From Octopus vulgaris (Eukaryota), in assembly GCA_951406725.2 (NCBI GenBank), contig OX597816.1, positions 121,334,001 to 121,398,000 on the forward strand: a stretch of 64,000 nt of DNA, written 5' to 3'. The notes below the pieces were generated by a model that saw nothing but the letters and a program-made list of their open reading frames with translations, had not been told where the DNA came from and ran no database searches. The position numbers were made by a program, and so were the translations under genes. Position 1 is the stretch's first letter. Each line of letters begins with the position of its first letter. This document shows positions 54,863-64,000 of this stretch, in pieces.

Positions 54863-55000
54863 TTACCTCGGATATCCTTGATGCTTATTTGATTATAATC
54901 ACCTTATTTTAAATTATATGGATAATACCATACTAAATTCCGGTGCCTTCAGCTTAAGTACCATATTCATCTGAATCTAAATTTTACTGAACTTATCCAT

Positions 55001-55040
<40 letters not shown>

Positions 55041-55050
55041 GAGGGAGAGG

Positions 55051-55103
<53 letters not shown>

Positions 55104-55118
55104 GGCAGAGAGAGAAAG

Positions 55119-55992
55119 ATTGGGCAGAAAGGACGGACGTTTTTGAAAAATTCACAAAATCATTAATTTTAGCTACAAACAAATTTTATTGACATTAATA
55201 TGTTTGTATTGAATTAGCATTTGTCAAAATCAAGTGTGGAAAACAACATCCATTATGTGGTGTCCGTTTTCATTGATGCATTTCTGAAGGGGTTCCTGGA
55301 AGCTGGCCTCCACTCTTTCCAATATTGCTCAGTCAATTTGGGCGACTTCCATGCGAATAGGTTCCTTCAAGTCGTCCAATGTATGGGGCTTATTCGCATA
55401 CACACGTGCCTTGGGGTTTCCCCACAAGAAATAATCACACATGAACAAATCAGGGTACCGAGAGGTGCGGTCAAGGAATGTCAGCAAATCTGGAAATGAG
55501 GCGGTCACCGAAGAGAAGGCGAAGAACGTCCATTGATGCTCTGGCTGTGTAGACCGTTGCCCCATCCTGTTGAAACCAGACACGTCGAACAGGCATGCGT
55601 TTACGTCGTAATTCAGGCACAAAGAAGTTGTTTATCATCTCGATGTAACGCTCGGAGTTCACAGCAACAGCATTCATATTATTGTCTTCGAAAAAGTAAG
55701 GACCAAAAACGGCAGCTTTTCCAACAGCACACCAGACCATCACTTTTCGTGCAGTTCTCTCGGATTTTCAAGAGCGCAATAACGAATCTCACGCTGAACT
55801 GCTGTGACAGACTCGTTGTTCTTCACATAACTGCCGTTGGCAAACACGCGATGCTCTATGGTCCACAGCACCATAGCTTCACCTGAAAAGAAAAAAACAA
55901 TGCTAAGACATCACGGACCGAATGGTACTTGTCGGACATGTTTCCCTCCCGCTGGGGCTGAGTAATAGTCCGTCCTCTCTGATCCCACCCTG
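55119..55992 (-). mobile_element. Tc1/mariner DD41D (rosa-like) element, deleted and frameshifted
   Basis: VWCAV..GPYFFE..VNSERY..WFQQDGAT..LISR..PDL..CDYFLWG; reconstructed D-to-D spacing is 41. End CAGGGTGGGATCAGAGAGGACGGAC has a degenerate partner near 55120-55139. Confidence 0.85.
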
Positions 55993-56088
55993 TGTATATA
56001 TATATATAGAGTGAGAGAGAGAGTAAGATATCTGTCTCTACCCTTTTTTCCCTCTTTCTGTCTCCACCTCTCTTTCTCTCTGATATAA

Positions 56089-56127
<39 letters not shown>

Positions 56128-56232
56128 CAAACACTATCTGAGAGAGATCTTCTTTAAGTATTAGAAATAGCTGAAGAAATTTCTTTAGCTGCTATTTCTA
56201 ATGAGTTCAGTATGTGGCAAAGTAATTTATTT

Positions 56233-56284
<52 letters not shown>

Positions 56285-56525
56285 GTGTGTATGTATGTAT
56301 GTATGTACGTACGTACGCATGTATGTATGTATGTATGTATGTATGTATGTATGTATGTATGTATGTATGTATGTATGTATGTATAGAAGAAGATACACTT
56401 GCTCAATGTTCCGTACATTGGAACGGAACATGTAACCACATAGCTACGCAGCGAACATTTTAACTACAACGCAGCTATGATATATAGGTGTGTGTGTGAG
56501 TGTGAGTGAGAGAGAGAGAGAGAGA

Positions 56526-56566
<41 letters not shown>

Positions 56567-56591
56567 TGTGTGTGTGTGTGTGTGTGTGTGT

Positions 56592-56745
56592 GCAGGGCCG
56601 GTCTTAGAGTTACTGGCGCTCAGTGCAAGTTGAACTTCGGCGTGTACAAGCTGACGATCGTGGAAATTTCCTTGTCTTTGTCAGGCCCTCCTTGGCGTCC
56701 CCTAGCACACGGCACCCCAGGCGACTGCCCGAGATGCCGGTACCT
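56592..56745 (+). mobile_element. GC-rich MITE-like insertion in a (TG)n tract
   Basis: Starts CAGGGCCGGTCTTAG (hAT-like end) and is flanked by TG repeats; right TIR missing. Confidence 0.4.
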
Positions 56746-56759
56746 TGTGTGTGTGTGTA

Positions 56760-56984
56760 TATCTTTTATTATATTTAATATTTTACTTGTTGAGTTTCAG
56801 TCATTTGTCCATGCTGGACCTCTACCTTGAAAGTTTGAGTCAAACGAATAGACCCCAGTACTTGTAATTTTTTAAGCTCGGTATTTTTCTATCGATATCT
56901 ATTGCCGAACCGATAAGTTACTGGACGTTATCAAACCAGGCCAGTTATCAAGCACGGCATGAGATGACAAACACATGCATGAAG

Positions 56985-57022
<38 letters not shown>

Positions 57023-57190
57023 GCATATACCACAGGCTTCTTTCAGTTTCCGTCCATCAAATTCACTCACAAGGTTTTGGTCGACCCGCAGCAATAGTAG
57101 AAAACGCTTGCCCATAGTACCACGCAGAGGAACTGAACCCGAAACCACGTGGTTGGGAAGAAAACCTCTTGCCACACAGTCATTCCTGCG
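56760..57190 (-). mobile_element. SINE-A, diverged (further fragments near 560-689, 38297-38450, 43420-43555, 49050-49152, 50950-51075, 52180-52300, 58810-59110)
   Basis: Similarity to 20335-20733. Confidence 0.8.
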
Positions 57191-57412
57191 TCTATAATGT
57201 TTTGCTATAAATAATCCTAGATATGAACCGAATATAATATAAAATACGTATTTTTATTCTCATACTAAGATCTTATGTTATTATTACAAACATGCCATGC
57301 GTTTCTCCATTCACCAGCCAAGCTCAGCACATCGGTTATACAGCGTTTATGACTTTCAACTCTCCACAGAGCAGTGAATCATAAGTCTCTTTAAATACAT
57401 TATATATATATA

Positions 57413-57815
57413 CTAGCAGTATCGCCCGGCGTTGCTCGGGTTTGTAAGGGAAATAACTATATAACTATTTTTAGAGAGTTATAGCCAAAAAGTAGCAAAA
57501 AAATACATTAAAAATGGAAATAAAATGATGGTAAATTTTTTTTAAATCGTTGACTCATCGTAGACATTTTTAGAGAGTTGCTTCCCTTATATAATAGCGA
57601 AAAAAATGCATTAAAATGGAAAAAAATTATGGTAAATTTTTTTTTAAATCGTAGACTCATCATAGACGCGCGCTTCACCCACTGAGACTCCAGAAACGAA
57701 TCACGACTATAAGATACCCGGTTTTGGTTAAACTGCACCGCAAAATGTGGGAGTAGTTAGGAATCTAAATCGTAGGAAACAGACACTCACACAAGTTCAC
57801 TTTTATATATAAAGA
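57413..57815 (-). mobile_element. Non-autonomous Helitron
   Basis: Minus strand starts A|TCTTTATATATAAAAG and ends with hairpin CCCGAGCAACGCCGGG then CTAG|T; internal tandem duplication ~57503-57665. Confidence 0.85.
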
Positions 57816-57943
57816 TATATATATATATATTTCTCAGGAATTGCTTCATGTACCGATGGAAAGTCAACGACGTTGAAGAGCATAAAGATTAAAGTTGTAG
57901 CTGAGAAAAAGTTTACTGACATGGGTGAGTGAGAGAGAGAGAA

Positions 57944-57976
<33 letters not shown>

Positions 57977-58254
57977 CGTATAGACTGATGAGAGGAAGGC
58001 TATCAATTCCATCACTGAAGCTGCAGAGGTCACTAGATGGCTTTGGATAAAGAGGACAGACCAGTGGTTTGCTGCTATTGAGGATACTGCACACCGGAAT
58101 TCATTTTCACATTATTCAATAGGGCCTTAGTATCAGTTCAGACGGCTGTGTGACGCTCCTTGAACCCTTCACCCACTGAGACCCCAGAAACGTTCACTGA
58201 CGAAGTATCCCGGAGCATCTACGAGTTTTCGATTCAGGAAAGGGCTCGGAATAT

Positions 58255-58570
58255 GCATTGATTTCTGCCCCCAATTAATTCTCCCGATTGGAATCCCATG
58301 GACTACTGTGTGTGGAGCGCGGTTGAGAAAGATATCAATCGCTTTGCTTGCAGCACTAAGGCTTAACTAGTGGCCAAGAGGTGTTCCAAGATCTTCTCAG
58401 TGACACAGTGCAAAACATACGCACCAGGTTCCGGAGCCGCCTTGATGCTGTTATCTTCCTGCCATAATCTAAGTGATACTTTTTACTTTTTTAAAATACT
58501 TTTATTTTTGGATGGGATATTGTGCTTTGTTATCCGTTTATGCAGACTGTTAACTTTAGCCCAAATACGC
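58255..58570 (+). mobile_element. 3' fragment of a Tc1/mariner (DD37D maT-like) transposase
   Basis: Reads NSPDWNPMDYCVWSAVEKDIN...TRFRSRLDAV. Confidence 0.7.
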
Positions 58571-58585
58571 AATATATATATAGGG

Positions 58586-58770
58586 AGAGGGGGCTGAAAA
58601 GTTCCTAGCTTTGGGTAAAAAACAATACAGGTGGATCAGTTAATTATGATTTTATTCAACATATTTCCCTCTCAGATTCACACACTTATTGCGGCGGTTC
58701 TCCATTTTTTTCTGAGCCTATAAAAAGAACTCGGCAAGGTCGGCCTCCAGCCCGGCCTTTAGCGATACAC
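58586..58770 (-). mobile_element. Mariner-derived MITE M1, one end truncated
   Basis: Reverse-complement match to 1850-2038. Confidence 0.75.
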
Positions 58771-58936
58771 ACACGCGCGCGCAGGCACGCACGCACACAC
58801 ACACACATATACGCCGGGCTTCTTTCTATAGCAGACGTCACCTACCTATGGTGTCAGGCAGTGGAACTGAACCCGGAACCAAGTGGTTGGGAAGCAAGCT
58901 TCTTACCACACAATCCCGCCTTTGTATGTATGTATG

Positions 58937-58970
<34 letters not shown>

Positions 58971-59406
58971 TGTATGTATGTATGTATGTATCAAAGTTAC
59001 TCATAAAGCATTAGTCGGCCCGGGCTTTTGTTCGCATTGTACACACAGGTGTCACGAAGTGGGACCGAACCCGAAACCATGTGACTGATAAGTGAACTAC
59101 CAAATCACATGTGTGTTGAGGCAACAAATTTTAAGAGAGGTGTTTATTAAATTCTCCCCACGACTTGACAGGTGTCGATAAAATAAAGAACAAAACGAGT
59201 TCTTCTCTTCAAAACTTAGGCCTTGTAACTATTTTAGAAATAATAATTGTTGTTGTTATATAATAACAAACAAATTATACACCCATAAATGTAAATATAA
59301 TTGTCTTTGTTTCTAGATTTATACATGTATTCATACATATATTAGTATGTACATGCATGTATATACATTCATATGCATATATATGTGTGTATATATACAT
59401 ATATAT

Positions 59407-59477
<71 letters not shown>

Positions 59478-59544
59478 CAAACATACGTACATACATCTTT
59501 TGTTTCAGAAATTGTACTGCCCCATGTTGACTGCCTTGAAGAGT

Positions 59545-59593
<49 letters not shown>

Positions 59594-59882
59594 GCACACA
59601 TACATATATATATATATACATATATATATACACATACATATATATATACTTATATATACATACATAGAGAGAGAGAGAGACACACACACACACACATATA
59701 TATGCATGTATTTATGTTCGTATTTCTAAATTTTAACAAGCACACACATGCCCTCAGTAAATAAATCTCCGTAAAAACACGCGCGCGCACACGCACATAT
59801 AGTGTCAAGCACATACAGAGGTGTGAGCTCTCACATGTCACGTCAAATTCACCCACACTCCACAAACACACGCACACATTCT

Positions 59883-59934
<52 letters not shown>

Positions 59935-60258
59935 TACACACACTTTTATGTACTTGATTTATTACAAGTGAAACCCCCGAAACATTAAAGTTTTATTTTT
60001 TTTTCGGTTTTATCAAATCAAATGTTGATTTTCCTTTTTTTGCTTAATTATCAGATTTCAAACGTCATCTGTTTGACCAATTGAATTTAATATAAAACCA
60101 TGAAAGTTAACTTTTATTTTTGTCTCTTTTCTTTTAGTTATTATGTTTCATTTTTGATTATTTCATTATTTCAGAAAGAGGCGGGACTTCCTTGATATAT
60201 ATATATATATATATATATATATTACACATTTACATATCGAAATATCGAGAGAAAGAGA

Positions 60259-60303
<45 letters not shown>

Positions 60304-60543
60304 TGAAGTGTGTGTTTATTTATATCCATATTATCGACATATATGTGTGTGTACATATGTACATATATGTCAGTTTTTATTAATCTGTGAGAGATAAAGA
60401 GAGAGAGAGAGTGAGAGAAGCACAGAGAGAGAGAGAGAGAGAGAAAGAAAGAAAAGAGAGAGCGAATGAGTGTATGAATATATGTTCACGCGTGTTTATT
60501 ATAAATCTGTATATTTGTGGGTGTGTAATGGATAAAAGAAATT

Positions 60544-60589
<46 letters not shown>

Positions 60590-60736
60590 GAGAGAGTATG
60601 TGTATGTCGCCGCAGGAGATATATAGATCTGTTTACACCTAAAACCGAGTTAATAAACCACTCCGACAACTACTAATCTGAACTGCTGTCACTCATTCCT
60701 TCCCTCTCCCTGTCACTTAGCCCCTCTATCGTCACC

Positions 60737-60779
<43 letters not shown>

Positions 60780-60895
60780 GTGCGTGCTATGTTTATACAC
60801 ATATAAAAGTCCCAGTGTATGTTACATATACATATTCATATAGAAACACACATATACATACATTCATATATATATATACATATATATATATATTT

Positions 60896-60929
<34 letters not shown>

Positions 60930-60959
60930 ATATATAGTGGAACGTTAACATATAAGAAT

Positions 60960-61636
60960 GACACTAGTGGTGCTCCGCCCCACAAACTGTGGTTCTCTCG
61001 CTCTCTGAAGTTATTACCGACCATCACCACCAATATTCGCACACACACACACACACACACACACGCACTTACACATGTACACGCACACACACACACGAGC
61101 CCCGTATACACACTCACACACTAACACATTCACACACGCACAAAAAAATAAAAGCTTTCCCCCTGACCTCCGACCTCTCCTAAGCATATCGCTGCGCCGC
61201 ATCTGTGCCAAAATATCAAACGCAACGCGCAGCGAAGCTAGTACTCCCTTATAAGGAACTTACGATTCATTGACGTTTGAAATATATAATGTATGTCAAC
61301 ACCGAATGTATTCATTTGGTGCCTGCCTTTCATTAATGTTAACTTAAACGAACAAAAGTCAATCATTTCACATATCCTCCAACTCTCTCAATCAGGCCCT
61401 ACTGTATAGGTATTAGGGACTACTTTTTTGCTGCGCCAGTGAACAGGCCTTTTAAATAGGCGTTGTGAATCCATACTGCCACAACTTTTCGGGAAAACTT
61501 TGAGTGTCCTCCCATCGAAAGGATTTTCAGGAAAACTTCGGGATTTTACTTGTTTGTTTCGACTTGTATCGGATATAGAGTATTTAGAAGTACGAGGCTG
61601 GTTCGGTTCGTGATTTTAGTCACTTAGTTGGCGAAA
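60960..61636 (+). promoter_or_regulatory. Putative promoter/5' UTR of YAP/yki with CArG box
   Basis: TE-free, relatively CpG-rich stretch directly upstream of the ATG. GC box CTCCGCCCC at 60973-60981, perfect CArG CCTTATAAGG at 61247-61256, TGACG half-site near 61271. TSS cannot be located. Confidence 0.5.
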
Positions 61637-62073
61637 ATGTCGCAACAAAGGACCGAACAGAAAGGAAATCAAGTCGTACATGTTAGGGGAGACAGCGATT
61701 CCGACTTGGATGCTCTGTTCAAGGCTGCTATGAATCCTTCAGAAGTCCCACATCAACTTCCATTGCGGATGAGGAACCTGCCGGCGTCTTTCTTCACACC
61801 GCCCGATCCGACGCAACAAAAGCAACACAGCAGGGAAGGGAGTACGGATTCGACGGGTGCCGGTAGCGGGTCGGTGTTGAATTCTCCGGGTTTGACCATT
61901 GCTCACCCTCGCGCACATTCTTCCCCGGCCAGTTTAGCACAAACTATGAGCGCAGCCCCTCCTCCGTCGTCCCAGCATGTTAGACAGCATAGTTATGATC
62001 TCACAGACGAACAGCCCCTACCCCCGGGATGGGAAATGGCAAAAACTAATCAAGGACATCGATATTACCTCAA
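61637..62073 (+). CDS. YAP1: First coding exon of YAP/Yorkie transcriptional coactivator (TEAD-binding domain, LATS sites, start of WW1); continues beyond an intron
   Basis: Translation shows HVRGDSDSDLDALFKAAMNP and LPLRMRNLPASFFTPP (TEAD-binding region), four HxRxxS motifs including HPRAHSSP (14-3-3 site) and PLPPGWEMAKTNQGHRYYL (WW start). ATG at 61637 in AAAATG context with in-frame TAG at 61625. Donor AA|GTAAGT at 62073/62074. Confidence 0.95.
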
Positions 62074-63626
62074 GTAAGTTATCTAGTTTTGTTTTTGTTG
62101 TTTTTTATTTTTCCTCACCCAGTTGCGGAAAATACGATGGACGATGAAATGTCAACACACTCACATATTATATCTCCTGTACATATAAAATATCTGTATA
62201 TCATATATTACGCACACATGCACGGTGGAATATTCGGAAAATATTAAAGAAAAAAAAAATGAAAAGAACTTTTTTTTTAATAATAATCCTAATATTATTC
62301 CGAGGATGGCGATTTATCATTTTTAATTCTTCCTCAAAACTAAAGAACTTTTTTATTTATTTATTTATTTATTTCTAACTCTGATCTTACAATTTATTGA
62401 CCTTATCCTTTCCGATTTCCTCATTTTCCGAGCCGTTTTAACTTGTGAATTCTTTATTTGTGTTTGTTTTCTTTGTTGTTGTTGTTGTTGTTTTTAATTT
62501 ATTTATATCCGTAGTAAAAATAAGTCTGAAGAAATTGGCCAGACTTTCGATTCGCTTCTCTCTTCTGACGCCATGTTGGAACATCTGCAGCTCCTTCCTT
62601 GTAGGCTTGTCGCCGTCTCTTTTACACTCACGTAATGTTTGCTGCCCTGTCCTGTTTCGGCATCTCTCCCTCAGCCATAACCGCACAAAAGCTATCGCAG
62701 GAATTACTACTATTGCTACTACCACTATTGCCCTATATTCTTTAATTTTTTTTATTTATTTATTTATCATTATTATTATTATTATTATTATTTTTTCGAC
62801 ACCTCTTGACTTTTATCAATCTTCTTTTTAGTTTGTTTATAACACGTGCAATTTTCCTTTCTTTTTTATTTTTTCTTGCGTCACGCTCCAGTAATTATCT
62901 TCCACTGGTCTCTTCTACTGATCTCTTTTCTAATTTTCACGCTCTTTCATCGATCATCTGTCATTCAGTTAACGCTTTTTCCCAATAACCTATTAATAAC
63001 TAGTGACACTTTTACGAAACAAAAATGTTTCCTTTTCATTTCATTAAAAAAAAAAGAAAAAAAATCATTTATCCCAGATCTAACTGATAGGCAAGTTCTA
63101 TTATTAGATTGTCATTCGGTGGTGACGAAACTCCGAAACCATAAACACACACATACACAATATATATATATGGATTAGTGGCATTAAGATTGAATCCTAG
63201 CACGCACTCGTAGTTCGGCTACCTAACTATCTCTTTATTTCTCTCTCTCTCTCTCTCAATATATCTATAGATATATATATATATTCTCTCACACACACAC
63301 ATGCATACATATTATATATACACCCACTCACGTCTCGATCGTAAACTGCCATTATTGTTTACTTTCTCCACCCACTCCCACCACGATCTACTGCTATCTA
63401 TATAATTGTTTATACTTATTTATTTATTTATACTAAGCCTCAAACACCATTTCATCGAAACTTATTCTGTCTTTTATTTAGATGAAATATTGCGGTCTGT
63501 TTATTTAGTTGTTCATTTATTCATTCATCAGCACTTCATCACATCGCCAATTTTCTTTTTCGATATTTTTTTTTTCGCAAACTCATCCACACGTCGTTCA
63601 TGTGTATGCGTTTCTGTTTATATATG

Positions 63627-63671
<45 letters not shown>

Positions 63672-64000
63672 GTACACATACATACACGCGTATAATTTGT
63701 TACGTATCAATATAAACACTAACGTTTTCACCATTTATTATACACGTAGCTGCAATGATGATATCATTATTACTATTATTGTTTATTAAATTTTGAAAAT
63801 TTTTTCCCCATTTACCTCAATTTTTGCGATTTTCAGTTTTAACGCTTTCTGCTTCCTCTCTTAATTTTCGCCATATCGTTCTGCTATTCTTTACTCTTAG
63901 ACTGTTAACAGCAGCACCATTCTTCGTGGCATCCCTTTTAACCATTCCTATTCGCCTTCAAAAAATATATATATACCATAATAATCGAGTAGCAAGGGTA
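62074..64000 (+). other. Intron of YAP/yki (runs off the window)
   Basis: Canonical GTAAGT donor, AT-rich low-complexity sequence, remainder of the WW domain not found before 64000. Confidence 0.85.

Larger units (their letters stand above)
54538..54898. mobile_element. Foldback element: ~120-bp inverted arms, ~115-bp spacer, probably Penelope pLTR-derived
   Basis: 54538-54660 is a near-perfect reverse complement of 54778-54898, and both arms contain a hammerhead core. Confidence 0.75.

Noticed and set aside
56161-56201. 40-bp AT-rich palindrome
   Set aside because: Short; probably a local inversion of an old dispersed repeat (GCTGCTATTTCTA also near 14200, 16990, 38725)
61485-61545. STAT/HSE-like TTCnnGAA repeats near the YAP start
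   Set aside because: Spacing does not fit TTC(N3)GAA and there is no full three-pentamer HSE
61628-61636. TTG start used by the ORF track
   Set aside because: The ATG at 61637 is the plausible eukaryotic start, and the ORF's TAA lies within the splice donor

Overview
Eukaryotic, AT-rich, microsatellite-dense DNA, most likely from an octopus or other coleoid cephalopod (inferred from the repeat families and protein style; not database-checked). The only host gene I can support is the first coding exon of a YAP/Yorkie Hippo-pathway coactivator (61637-62073, +), followed by intron. The ~61 kb upstream is a nest of mobile DNA: tRNA-derived SINE families with exchanged modules, Tc1/mariner relics and MITEs, a pogo/Tigger relic, hAT MITEs, a non-autonomous Helitron, Tx1-, RTE- and R4/Dong-type non-LTR fragments, and Penelope-like pieces. 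Most ORFs in the track are microsatellite artefacts. The most notable signals are (i) foldback elements whose arms carry minimal type I hammerhead ribozymes on opposite strands and (ii) RLE-type non-LTR retrotransposons that sit at (CATA)n or (TAA)n microsatellites. SINE family letters are my own labels. Boundaries of degenerate repeats are approximate.
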